From assembly GCA_038245905.1 (NCBI GenBank), contig JBBRRY010000004.1, positions 32,001-96,000 on the forward strand: DNA of 64,000 bases. The letters are read 5' to 3'. Source of the DNA: Thermoanaerobaculia bacterium. GTDB taxonomy: Bacteria; Acidobacteriota; Thermoanaerobaculia; UBA5066. The notes below the pieces were generated by a model, which made no database searches, was not told the origin of the DNA, and saw nothing but the letters and a program-made list of their open reading frames with translations. Shown one piece after another: positions 39,499 through 50,476 of this stretch. Positions within the stretch are counted from its first letter, which is position 1, and each line of letters starts with the position of its first letter. A program made the translations under genes and the position numbers.

Positions 39499-39783
39499 AT
39501 GATCGGTTTCGTGCTCGAAGGTTTGCCAGGATCTGAGATCTTTCGGAGAGGAATCGACGACTTGTCGGAGGGCGTCGAATCCGAAGCCGCGCTCCTCGTC
39601 TCGATCGGGGCGCCGCGTCTCCGTCGAATCGGCTTCAGGCTTCCAAGAACGATTCCGAAACCCGAGGATCGGCTCTATGCGTTTCTGGCTCGATCGAATC
39701 CGGACTCGGCTCACTCCAGGTACAACGCGCTGATCCGGCGCCTCGTCTCGTTCGAACGCGCGGCGGAATGCGGCGTCCGGTAG
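39499..39783 (+). CDS. Small hypothetical protein
   Basis: 94 aa ORF (LPG...G, ALLVSIGAPRL, AHSRYNALIRRLVSFERA) overlapping the next gene. Confidence 0.65.
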   Translation: MIGFVLEGLPGSEIFRRGIDDLSEGVESEAALLVSIGAPRLRRIGFRLPRTIPKPEDRLYAFLARSNPDSAHSRYNALIRRLVSFERAAECGVR

Positions 39784-40295
39784 ACGCGGAGCGCGTCCGG
39801 AAGCTCATGGCCGCCCTCGGGGCCGAGGCGCGGCACGAGGGGCGCATTTATCTCGTGGGAGGCGCGACCGCCGTGCTGGTCGGGTGGCGCTCCAGCACGA
39901 TCGACGTCGACCTGAAGCTGGTGCCTGAGGATGACGACATCCTCCGGGCGATCCCGCGCCTCAAAGATGAGCTCGAGATCAATGTCGAGCTGGCTTCACC
40001 CGATGCCTTCATCCCCGAGGTGGGGGGATGGGAGACGAGGAGCCCCTTCGTCGCGCGAGAGGGCCGGATCTCGTTTCATCATTACGATCTCTACTCGCAG
40101 GCCCTGGCGAAGCTGGAGCGCAGCCACGAGAAAGACCTCGACGACGTCCGCGCGATGAGAGCCGCGGGCTTGATCGACTCGAAGAGTCTCCTCTCCTACT
40201 TCGATGAGATCGAGCCGAAGCTCTACCGCTTCCCGGCGATCGACGCGCCGTCGTTTCGACGCGCGGTCGAGGGCTTCGTCGCGGGAGAAGGATAG
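39768..40295 (+). CDS. Nucleotidyltransferase-fold protein (DUF6036-like)
   Basis: YLVGGATA, STIDVDL, LAKLER...KDLDD. Confidence 0.75.
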   Translation: MRRPVDAERVRKLMAALGAEARHEGRIYLVGGATAVLVGWRSSTIDVDLKLVPEDDDILRAIPRLKDELEINVELASPDAFIPEVGGWETRSPFVAREGRISFHHYDLYSQALAKLERSHEKDLDDVRAMRAAGLIDSKSLLSYFDEIEPKLYRFPAIDAPSFRRAVEGFVAGEG

Positions 40296-40421
40296 CGCTC
40301 TCGTCGCTGCATCTCTATCGCATGGAGCAGTTAGCCCGCGGCTTTCCCTGACGAGTCTGATTCATTTGCGGCATACCGAAGGGCCTCTTGCGCGGGTACC
40401 TTGACCGTGGAGGCTTCCGGT

Positions 40422-41819
40422 ATGCCAACCGCTCTCAGGGAACGTCCCAAGCCCTTCCTTCTGCCCGAGTACTGCAAGGGCTGCGGACGCTGCATCGACT
40501 CGTGCGCGAAGCATTGCATCGAGCCCGGCTCCGAGATCGACCCCCTGACGGGCCTCGTGCCGGTGACCCTCAACCTCGACGCATGCAACGGGTGCGGGCT
40601 CTGCATGGAGGCGTGCCCAGAGCCGTACGGGCTCCGGCCGCAGGTGGAAGGCGCCGACTTCGAGCTTCAGGACCCGGAGAAGCTCTTTGGCGACAGGCCG
40701 GCGATACGTCCGCGGCCCGCGGCGATTCCCCCGGAAGCGATCTCGCTCCCGCCCGTCTCGCCGCTCGTCCTCAAGGGAAACTACGCCTCGGCGATCGGGG
40801 CGCTGCTCGCCGGGTGCCGGCACGTTTTCGGCTATCCGATCACGCCCTCCACCGAGGGCGCCGAGCTGATGGCGAGGCTCATGCCGAAGCTCGACGGTGT
40901 CTTCCTGCAGGCGGTGAGCGAAGTCGCGACCGTGAACATGATGTACGGCTGCGGGGGTGCGGGACTGCCCTGCATGACGTTCACGTCGTCGCCCGGCTTC
41001 AGCCTCATGCTCGAAGGGATCTCCTACATGATCGGCGCCGAGGTGCCTGGCGTCTTCGTGAACGTGATGCGCGGCGGCCCCGGCCTCGGCAACATCGCGC
41101 CCGAGCAGGCCGACGTGAAGCTCGTGTGCCGCGGCCTCGGCCACGGGAACACACACGCGATCGTGCTCGCCCCGTCGACTCCCCAGGAGATGCTCGACCT
41201 GACGCGCCTCGCCTTCGAGCTGACGTTTCGCTACCGGAATCCGGTCGTCGTCGTCGCGGACGGTTACCTCGGGCAGATGACCGGGAAGGTCGTGCTGCCG
41301 TCCACGATGGTCCGGCCCGGCCTCCCCGACTGGGCCGTCATCGGCGACGCCGCGCATCGCGGCAACCTCATTTCCTCGATTTATCTCGACGAAAAGGACC
41401 TCGAGGCGCACAACGAGCGCCTCAACGAGAAGTACCGGCTCATGGAATCCGAGCAGAGGGCGGATCTCTTCGCGTGCGGCGACGCGTCCACGCTCGTCAT
41501 CGCGTTCGGCACGCCCGCGCGGATGGCGAAGGGGGCGGTGGAGGCGCTGCGCCGCGAGGGCCTTCCCGTGGGGCTCTTCCGGCCGCTCACGCTCTGGCCC
41601 TTCCCGATCGCGTCACTCCGGGCGTTCCTGCCTAACGTGAAGAAGATCCTCGTCGTCGAGGCGAGCAACGGGCAGCTCGAGGACGAGCTTCGCCTCGCCC
41701 TCTCGAAGGGCGGGCTGGCGGCGCCCGAGATCCAATCCGTTCGCCATTTTGGCGGCGTCCTTCCCCAGTCGAGCGAAATCGCCGCGGCTGTCCGGAACCA
41801 TGCGGAGGTGGCGGCATGA
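40422..41819 (+). CDS. 2-oxoacid:ferredoxin oxidoreductase, ferredoxin(delta)-alpha fusion
   Basis: CKGCGRC and CNGCGLC...CP, GYPITP, SSPG, RGGPGLG; GGAGG RBS. Confidence 0.9.
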   Translation: MPTALRERPKPFLLPEYCKGCGRCIDSCAKHCIEPGSEIDPLTGLVPVTLNLDACNGCGLCMEACPEPYGLRPQVEGADFELQDPEKLFGDRPAIRPRPAAIPPEAISLPPVSPLVLKGNYASAIGALLAGCRHVFGYPITPSTEGAELMARLMPKLDGVFLQAVSEVATVNMMYGCGGAGLPCMTFTSSPGFSLMLEGISYMIGAEVPGVFVNVMRGGPGLGNIAPEQADVKLVCRGLGHGNTHAIVLAPSTPQEMLDLTRLAFELTFRYRNPVVVVADGYLGQMTGKVVLPSTMVRPGLPDWAVIGDAAHRGNLISSIYLDEKDLEAHNERLNEKYRLMESEQRADLFACGDASTLVIAFGTPARMAKGAVEALRREGLPVGLFRPLTLWPFPIASLRAFLPNVKKILVVEASNGQLEDELRLALSKGGLAAPEIQSVRHFGGVLPQSSEIAAAVRNHAEVAA

Positions 41820-43237
41820 GCGTCTTCTACGAGAAATTCGAACGCCACGCCGGCGGCGCCGGGTTGAAGGGCCATGCCACCCACTACTGCCCCGGCTGCG
41901 GCCACGGGCTCGTGCACAAATTCCTGGCCGAGGCCATCGAGGAGCTTGGGATCCAGGACCGGACCGTCGCGATTTCGCCGGTCGGCTGCTCGGTCTTCCT
42001 CTACTACTACTTCGACGTCGGCAATTCGCAGGCGGCGCACGGGCGCGCGCCCGCTGTCGCGCTCGGACACAAGTACGCGAACCCGAATGCCGTCGTCATC
42101 AGCTATCAGGGCGACGGCGACCTCGCCTCCATCGGGCTCGCGGAAATCGTCTCGGCCGCGCAGCTCGGAACGCCCTTGACCGTGATCTTCGTGAACAACG
42201 CGATCTACGGCATGACGGGCGGCCAGATGGCCCCGACGACGCTCATGGGCCAGAAGAGCGCCACGAGCCCGGAGGGCCGCACCGCGCTGATGGGCCAGCC
42301 GATGAAGATGGCGGAGCTCATCGCGGGTCTCGACGGCCCGGTGTACGTCGAAAGGGTCGCCCTCTTCGACGCGAAGCAGCGCATGAAGGCGAAGAAAGCC
42401 GTTCTCAAGGCCGTGAAGATCCAGGCCGAGAACCGCGGGCTCGCGTTCGTCGAGGTGCTCGCCGAGTGCCCGACGCACCTCGGGATGACGCCTGAGGCCA
42501 CGGAGACCTGGGTGAAGGAGAAGATGGTTCCGGTCTTCCCGCTCGGCGTGAAGAAGGACACGGTTCCGGAGCCCTGGTTTCACCTCGAGAAGCCCCGCTT
42601 CGACGCCGACAGCCTCCTCGCGGCCGTCGGGGCCTCGGCCGAGCGCCCGCCGCGGTTCGCGACGGGATTTCCGAAGCACCTCGGCGGCACCGACATCGCC
42701 CTGAAGCTCGCGGGCGCGGGGGGCGACGGCGCGCAGACGGCCGCGATGCTTCTCACCCGCGCGGCCATCCACGAGGGGTACGACGCGACGCACATTCCGA
42801 GCTACGGGCCCGAGTCGCGTGGCGGCACGTCCTACGCCGACGTTCACGTGAGCGCGGACGAGGTGCTCTCGCCGGCCTCGCCGCATCCCTGGATCCTGGT
42901 GGCGTTCAATGCCCCGAGTCTCGCGAAGTTCGCACCGGACGTGCCGCCCGGCGGCACGATTCTCTACGACAGCTCCGTGGTGAAGAACCCACCGGCGTTC
43001 CCGGACGGCGTCCGCGTGTTCGGCGTGCCGTTCACGGAGATCGCGGTCGACCTCGGCAAGGCGATGGTGAAGAACATCGTCGCCCTCGGCGCGCTCCAGG
43101 CCGCGACGAACCTCTTTCCGGAGGAGACGTTCCGCACCGCTTTCCGCCTCGCCTTGAAGGACAAATGCGCTCTGATTCCCTTGAACGAAGAGGCCTTCTC
43201 GTGGGGCATGCGCTCCGTCCAGCCGCCCGCGAACTGA
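41816..43237 (+). CDS. 2-oxoacid:ferredoxin oxidoreductase, beta-gamma fusion
   Basis: YCPGCGH, HGRAP, GDGD, YGMTGGQ, then GAGGDG and SYGPESRGG. Confidence 0.9.
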   Translation: MSVFYEKFERHAGGAGLKGHATHYCPGCGHGLVHKFLAEAIEELGIQDRTVAISPVGCSVFLYYYFDVGNSQAAHGRAPAVALGHKYANPNAVVISYQGDGDLASIGLAEIVSAAQLGTPLTVIFVNNAIYGMTGGQMAPTTLMGQKSATSPEGRTALMGQPMKMAELIAGLDGPVYVERVALFDAKQRMKAKKAVLKAVKIQAENRGLAFVEVLAECPTHLGMTPEATETWVKEKMVPVFPLGVKKDTVPEPWFHLEKPRFDADSLLAAVGASAERPPRFATGFPKHLGGTDIALKLAGAGGDGAQTAAMLLTRAAIHEGYDATHIPSYGPESRGGTSYADVHVSADEVLSPASPHPWILVAFNAPSLAKFAPDVPPGGTILYDSSVVKNPPAFPDGVRVFGVPFTEIAVDLGKAMVKNIVALGALQAATNLFPEETFRTAFRLALKDKCALIPLNEEAFSWGMRSVQPPAN

Positions 43238-43253
43238 GCCAAGGAGAGACGCC

Positions 43254-43529
43254 ATGAACCAGGATCTGATCCCGGTTTCGCTGACTCAAGCCGAGTACCG
43301 CATGCTCATGGGCCTACGGGACGTGCCCGAGTCGTCGCTGAAGACGCGGGTCAAGGCCCTCATCGAGGCTCTCCTGTCGATGGCGCGGGAGCCGCGCTGC
43401 CCCGAGCAGCAGTCCGACGGCGTGCCCTGCGTCAGCGTGCACGCGAACTGCGACCAGTGCGTCGAGGTCACGCGCATGCTCGACGGCCTCGAGGCGATGG
43501 AACTGCAGATCCGCGGCTTTCCGGGATGA
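43254..43529 (+). CDS. Small cysteine-motif protein
   Basis: AAGGAG RBS; C-x9-C-x6-C-x2-C; ATGA coupling to the next gene. Confidence 0.75.
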   Translation: MNQDLIPVSLTQAEYRMLMGLRDVPESSLKTRVKALIEALLSMAREPRCPEQQSDGVPCVSVHANCDQCVEVTRMLDGLEAMELQIRGFPG

Positions 43530-45754
43530 GCGGAAGCGGTCCGGATGGCCGGACGTCTCTTCTCGAGCACGAGGTGTACGCGCTCCTCGCGGGCGCGGGA
43601 TTCGACGTTCCGCGGCATGTCTTCTGGGAAGGAGCGCCGGAAGAGATTTCGGAGGAGATAAAAGATTTCTTAGAAGGGTTGGGAGCGGAGGAGGTCGTAC
43701 TCAAGATCGCCTCGCCCGATCTCGCCCACAAGTCGGACGTCGGAGGGCTTTCATTTTCTAAGAACATGCCCCTTTCCGTCGCCGTTGCTGCGAGGAGGAT
43801 GTGGGACGACGTCGGCCGCCGCGCGCCTGGCGCGCAGCGAACCGGGATCCTCGTCGTCGAGAAGCTCGTGCCGGCGACCGGCGCGCCGGCCGCCGAGGCG
43901 CTTCTCTCGTACCGGAACGACCCGGCATTCGGGCCGGTGCTCGTCTTCGGCCTCGGAGGACTTCTCACTGAGTGGTACGGCGAGATGGCGCCGGGCAATA
44001 CGACTGTGATTCTGAGACCCGGAGAGGTGAAGCGGGGCCTCCAGGCCGCCGCGCAGGAGCAGGCGGCGCTTAGGATTTTCTTTGAAGGTAGTAGAGCCCA
44101 CGCGCAGGCGCCCCTCGTGTTGGAGACGGTTGCCGGTCTGCTCGAAAACCTTTCTAAGAATCTTTCTCTTTCTTTCTCCCCCTCGAACTCTCTCGGCAAT
44201 CTGACTCTCGAAGAGCTGGAGGTGAATCCTCTGCTCCTCTGCGAAGGCGGCCGGTGGGTGGCCGCCGACGGCAAGGCGCGCTTCTCAACCCGTCGCTTCG
44301 TCGAGTCATCGCGGCCTCTCGAGAAGATCGAGAAGCTCCTCGCCCCGAAGAGCGCGGTCGTGTTCGGAGCCTCCGCGAACGACATGAACCCGGGGCGCAT
44401 CATTCTGCGAAACCTGAAGGCGTCCGAGACGATCGCTTACGGCGGCCTCCGCACCGTGCATCCGCGTGCCGAGACGATCGAGGGCGTGCCGTGCCTCCGG
44501 AAGGCCTCGGACCTCGAGGGCCCGGTCGACCTCGCGGTCGTCGCGATCCCGGCCGCCGGCGCACGCGACGCCGTCCGGGATCTCTGTGCGGGGGACCTCG
44601 CGCGCGCGATCATCCTGATCCCGGGCGGGTTCTCGGAAACAGGGGACCGCGTCCTCGAGGACGAGATGAAGCTGGCCCTCGCGGAATCGCGGAAACTGCC
44701 TTCCCGAGGCCCCGTTCTCGTGGGTGGAAACTGCCTCGGGGTCGTCTCGAAACACGCCTACAACACCTTCTTCCTCCCGCAGTACAAGCTCCCGTTCCAC
44801 GATGCGCCGGGGGACCGCCTTGTCGCCGTGAGCCAGAGCGGCGCGTACCTCGTGTCTCTCACGAGCAATCTCGACGGTATCGTGTTCCCGCGCGCGTCGA
44901 TTTCCTACGGCAACCAGATCGACCTAACGGCGGCCGACTTTCTCGAGTACTTCGAGATGGACCCATCCGTCCGGGTCTTCGCCTTCTACGTCGAGGGCTT
45001 CCTGCCGCTCGACGGCGCGCGCTTCGCGGCCATCGCGCGGCGGCTCACGGCCGCGGGCCGGCACGTGCTCGTCTACAAGGCGGGCCGCACGCCTCTCGGC
45101 GCGCGGGCGGCCGAGAGCCACACGGCGTCCCTCGCCGGCGACTGGGAGGTCGCCCGGGCGCTGCTCGAGGGCGCGGGTGCGGTCGTGGCGGTCACGCTCG
45201 ACATGTTCGAGGACAACACGAAGATCTTCACGATGCTCGCGGACCGGCTTCCGTCGGGGCGGCGGCTCGCGGTCCTCTCGAACGCCGGCTTCGAATGCGG
45301 GGCCGTGCTCGACCGCCTGTACGCGCTCACGCCCGCGGCGCTCTCCCCCGGGACGAAAGCGCGCCTCGAGGCCTGCCTCCCCGCGATCGCGCACGCGGAC
45401 AACCCCGTCGACGCGACGCCAATGGCCGACACGGCCGCGTTCGTCGCCGCGGCCGAGGCGCTGCTCGAGGACCCCGGAGTAGACGCGCTGATCGTCTCGC
45501 CGATTCCGGTTACTCCGGCGCTCGACGACCTCGCGCCCGATCTCTCGGGTTCGCACGGGGAGAACATCTACTCTCCGGGCTCGCTGGCGCAGGAGCTTCT
45601 GCGTCTCTTCCGCGCGACGGCCAAGCCGGTCGTCGTGAACGTGGATTCCGGCCGCCTCTACGATGACTTCGTCGGCGTGCTGCAACGCGGCGGGATCCCC
45701 GTCTACCGGAAGATCGACCGTGCTTCGCGCGCGCTCTCGGCGCTCTGCTCCTGA
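43526..45754 (+). CDS. ADP-forming acyl-CoA synthetase, ATP-grasp domain first
   Basis: HKSDVGG, DPAFGP, LEVNPL, then CoA-binding domain, GGNCLG, SQSGA, ESHTASLAG phospho-His, NPVD. Confidence 0.88.
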   Translation: MSGSGPDGRTSLLEHEVYALLAGAGFDVPRHVFWEGAPEEISEEIKDFLEGLGAEEVVLKIASPDLAHKSDVGGLSFSKNMPLSVAVAARRMWDDVGRRAPGAQRTGILVVEKLVPATGAPAAEALLSYRNDPAFGPVLVFGLGGLLTEWYGEMAPGNTTVILRPGEVKRGLQAAAQEQAALRIFFEGSRAHAQAPLVLETVAGLLENLSKNLSLSFSPSNSLGNLTLEELEVNPLLLCEGGRWVAADGKARFSTRRFVESSRPLEKIEKLLAPKSAVVFGASANDMNPGRIILRNLKASETIAYGGLRTVHPRAETIEGVPCLRKASDLEGPVDLAVVAIPAAGARDAVRDLCAGDLARAIILIPGGFSETGDRVLEDEMKLALAESRKLPSRGPVLVGGNCLGVVSKHAYNTFFLPQYKLPFHDAPGDRLVAVSQSGAYLVSLTSNLDGIVFPRASISYGNQIDLTAADFLEYFEMDPSVRVFAFYVEGFLPLDGARFAAIARRLTAAGRHVLVYKAGRTPLGARAAESHTASLAGDWEVARALLEGAGAVVAVTLDMFEDNTKIFTMLADRLPSGRRLAVLSNAGFECGAVLDRLYALTPAALSPGTKARLEACLPAIAHADNPVDATPMADTAAFVAAAEALLEDPGVDALIVSPIPVTPALDDLAPDLSGSHGENIYSPGSLAQELLRLFRATAKPVVVNVDSGRLYDDFVGVLQRGGIPVYRKIDRASRALSALCS

Positions 45755-45763
45755 GCGCGCGCT

Positions 45764-45987
45764 TCAGGAGTTGTTCGGGTTGTCCGAGGTCCTGAGGTAG
45801 TAGTAGAGGCGCTTTCCGGGATCCTGGGGAAAGACGTTCACGCGCGACACGCGGTACGTGGTCTCCCCCTCGCCCTCGAAGTTGAAGCGCGTGTCGACTT
45901 CGGCGTTCCCCTCGGAGAGGAGAACGTTTCCCCAGCGTTCCGCGGTCTTCCCGTAGCGGCTCCTCGGATCGAAGGAGACGACGTCCG

Positions 45988-45991
<4 letters not shown>
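45764..45991 (-). CDS. Small hypothetical protein (75 aa)
   Basis: GTG start overlaps the pyrG stop; host-like GC3; fills the gap between convergent genes. Confidence 0.55.
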
Positions 45992-47679
<1,688 letters not shown>

Positions 47680-47718
47680 GCTACACCTCCGTCGCGGCTG
47701 AAAGGGTTGTGGTTCGGC

Positions 47719-48525
47719 TCACGTAAGGTTGCTTTTCTTAGAAGGTGAAGAGAGCAGGGCGGCGGCGCTCTCTTCCTTTCTAAGCAAATTTTCAATTCTT
47801 TCGGCGTCCTCGATCGTATCCACGCCGATCGAATCCGACACCGCGTCCAGAACCGCCATCGCCATCCCGGCCGCGAGCGCGCGGAGCTGCTCGAGGCCCT
47901 CCGCCCGTTCGAGGGGATGCGGCGGGAGACTCGTCCACCTTCTCAAGGCTTCTTTCCGATAGCCGTAAAGCCCGAGGTGCTTGAGTGTCGCGAGGCCCGG
48001 CTCGGCCCGCCGGCGATAGGGGAGAGGCGACCTCGAGAAGTACAGGGCGCGCCCGTCGTCTCCGCGCACGACCTTGACGTTGTTGGGGTTCGCGATCTCG
48101 TTCGGGTCACGGATGGGCAGCGCGACAGTCGCGAGCGGAAAGTCGGGATGGTCGAGGAGGAATCCCGCCACCCGGTCGATGTTCTCGGGATCCATCATCG
48201 GCTCGTCGCCCTGCACGTTCAGGACGACGGTCACGTCGAGGTCCTTTACGGCGGCGAAGACCCGGTCGGTTCCCGAAGGCAGGGCGGGATCGGTCATCAC
48301 GGCCCTTCCGCCCGCGGACTCGACGACCCGGGCGATCCGCTCGTCGTCCGTCGCGACGAGAACGAGCGAGACGCGCTTCGCCTTAAGGGCCCTCTCGAGG
48401 ACTCTCACGACCATCGGAATCCCGGCGATCGGATGGAGAGGTTTTCCTGGAAAGCGCTCCGCCCCGTAGCGGGAGGGGATGACGGCGACCGAGGAGAGGG
48501 GAGTGTTGGTCGCCAGCCGGTGCAC
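47719..48525 (-). CDS. kdsB: CMP-KDO synthetase
   Basis: PSRYGAERFPGKPL, SGTDR, NVQGDEP, YFSR, LEQLRAL; start 48525 or 48540. Confidence 0.94.
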   Translation of the reverse strand: MHRLATNTPLSSVAVIPSRYGAERFPGKPLHPIAGIPMVVRVLERALKAKRVSLVLVATDDERIARVVESAGGRAVMTDPALPSGTDRVFAAVKDLDVTVVLNVQGDEPMMDPENIDRVAGFLLDHPDFPLATVALPIRDPNEIANPNNVKVVRGDDGRALYFSRSPLPYRRRAEPGLATLKHLGLYGYRKEALRRWTSLPPHPLERAEGLEQLRALAAGMAMAVLDAVSDSIGVDTIEDAERIENLLRKEESAAALLSSPSKKSNLT

Positions 48526-48673
48526 GTTCGATAATAACATCGGCGCCCGTCGGCGAGTCAACGACCGCCGGTTCGCGCCCCGGTGTCCCCCAAAAGGTCG
48601 TCGTCACCGGCCCGGACCCGCGGGTCGATGACGACTTCAAGAGGATGGGGAGAGAGGGATTCGGGGGAGCCCG

Positions 48674-49108
48674 CTATCCGGCCACGGGTTGGGCGCGGCT
48701 TTGCGTGTCTTCGCTGGATTCGTCTTCGTCCACGAGGCCCGGGAGGGAAAGCGCGGTTGTTTCGAGCGCGCCCTCCAGCTCGCGGATGCCCTCGCGGGCC
48801 GCGACGCAGTAGGAGTTGGACTCGTCGTACCCGGAGGCGGCGACGACCTTCTCGTACGTGAGGAGGGCCTTCGTCGGTTCCACGAGCGCGAAGTGATACG
48901 TGTGCGCCACCGTCATGCGGGCCTGCAGGTCGTAGGGGTTGAGGCGCAGGATCTTCGCGAGAAACACGAGCGCGTCGTTGTAGCGCTCCTCTTCGAGCGC
49001 GACTTCGGCGCGGTGGCGGTAGAGCGCGACCTCTTCCTCGAGAGTGAAGTCCTCACGCGACGTGGCGCTGAAGGGCGACCGAAAGGACCGGAAAAGCTTT
49101 TCGATCAT
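48674..49108 (-). CDS. Small TPR-containing protein
   Basis: YNDALVFLAKILRLNP and ALLTYEKVV helical repeats; AGGAG RBS. Confidence 0.7.
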   Translation of the reverse strand: MIEKLFRSFRSPFSATSREDFTLEEEVALYRHRAEVALEEERYNDALVFLAKILRLNPYDLQARMTVAHTYHFALVEPTKALLTYEKVVAASGYDESNSYCVAAREGIRELEGALETTALSLPGLVDEDESSEDTQSRAQPVAG

Positions 49109-49351
49109 TCGCTCTCCTGACCGTTCCCGAAAGTTGTGGGGGCCGATCCGTGACCCACGATATGTTGGGGAGAGCTTAAGACTGCGGAGCGCTAAAATCA
49201 AGAGAGATTCCAGAAAAAAGAAGGCTGAAAGGCGAATAACCCTTACTTCATTCGGTCATTGCTTCTACAACTTGACCAACAGCTGGTTTCGTTAGGCAGA
49301 ACCTTCCCGCAGCCTAATTACATTCAAAGTCACTAAATTATTTATTATTAA

Positions 49352-50425
49352 TTACTTACGACGATTTGCGGCGTACTCGGCGGCCAGTAGGAAGCCTTCT
49401 CGGGACGCTGTCTCGGGGAAGCGCGAGGCGATTTCGCGGGCTCGCTCGGCGTGCGTCTCGACCATTTCGCGGGCGCGCTCGAGGGCGGAGAGGCGGTGGA
49501 CGATCTCGAGGATCTGCTCTGGCCTCACGGAGTCGAATCCCTCCTCGGCAACGACCGCCTCCACGAGCTTGCGCTCGGCGCGCGTGGCGTGCGGCAGACA
49601 GAGGATGAGAGGCAGCGTGAGCTTTCCCTCCTTGAGATCCGAGAGGACCGGCTTGCCGAGGTCGACTTCCTTCGCCGTGTAGTCGAGGACGTCGTCCTGG
49701 AGCTGGAAGGCGATCCCGAGGGACATTCCGTACTCCCAGAGCCGGGCGCCCCAGGTCTCGGCCGTCTCGTCGTACGCTTCCGACACGAGGAACGACGGGA
49801 TCTTGCACGCGCCCGCGAACAGAAGGGCTGTCTTGCGGCGGACGATGTCGAGGTAGCCCTCGAGCGTGAGGTCGAGCAGTCCACGCCTCTCGGCACCGAT
49901 GATCTCGCCTTCGGTCATGCGGAGCGTCACATCCGAAAGGAGGCGTAGGACGCGCAGATCGCCCTCTTCGAGGGCGATCTCCATCGATTTCATGTAAAGA
50001 AAATCGCCGAAGAGAACGGTCAGCTCGTTGCCCCAGCGGCGATTCACGCTTGGCCGGCCACGGCGCAGCTCGGCGTCGTCGATGATGTCGTCGTGGACGA
50101 GCGTCGCCGTGTGGATGAACTCGATCATCGCGGCGTAGTTCACGTCGCGCTCGCCGTCGTAGCCGAGGAGATGCGACCCCAGGAGGAGGAGCGCGGGCCG
50201 GATTCTCTTGCCCCCGCCCTCGACGAGATAGTCGCCGATGAGCGAGATCGTCGGAATCCCGGAGCGCGTCCGCTCCTGGAGGCGCGTCTCGACGAGCCGC
50301 AGCTTGCCTTCGATCGGCGCGAGAGCCGAAAGCAGACGCCGCCCGTTCTCCCGCTCTTCGGCGGGAAGGGTGGCGACGAGCAGGCGGTCTTTCAGTGAGG
50401 TCTGGAACATTTCGACGGGCTGCAT
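49352..50425 (-). CDS. ispB: Polyprenyl diphosphate synthase
   Basis: GGKRIRP, HDDIID, RRG, FQLQDDVLD, DLKEGK. Confidence 0.9.
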   Translation of the reverse strand: MQPVEMFQTSLKDRLLVATLPAEERENGRRLLSALAPIEGKLRLVETRLQERTRSGIPTISLIGDYLVEGGGKRIRPALLLLGSHLLGYDGERDVNYAAMIEFIHTATLVHDDIIDDAELRRGRPSVNRRWGNELTVLFGDFLYMKSMEIALEEGDLRVLRLLSDVTLRMTEGEIIGAERRGLLDLTLEGYLDIVRRKTALLFAGACKIPSFLVSEAYDETAETWGARLWEYGMSLGIAFQLQDDVLDYTAKEVDLGKPVLSDLKEGKLTLPLILCLPHATRAERKLVEAVVAEEGFDSVRPEQILEIVHRLSALERAREMVETHAERAREIASRFPETASREGFLLAAEYAANRRK

Positions 50426-50476
50426 CTTACAGCCCCCTCCGACCCGGATTACGCCCGTATGGGTGGGCAGGATGCT

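Noticed and set aside
48597-48635. GTCGTCGTC...GATGACGAC hairpin between the TPR gene and kdsB
   Set aside because: No clear U-tract and GC-rich stems arise easily by chance; cannot support a terminator or ncRNA call.
49190-49358. oriC or dif candidate
   Set aside because: No DnaA boxes, no XerC/D consensus and no dnaA or par genes nearby.
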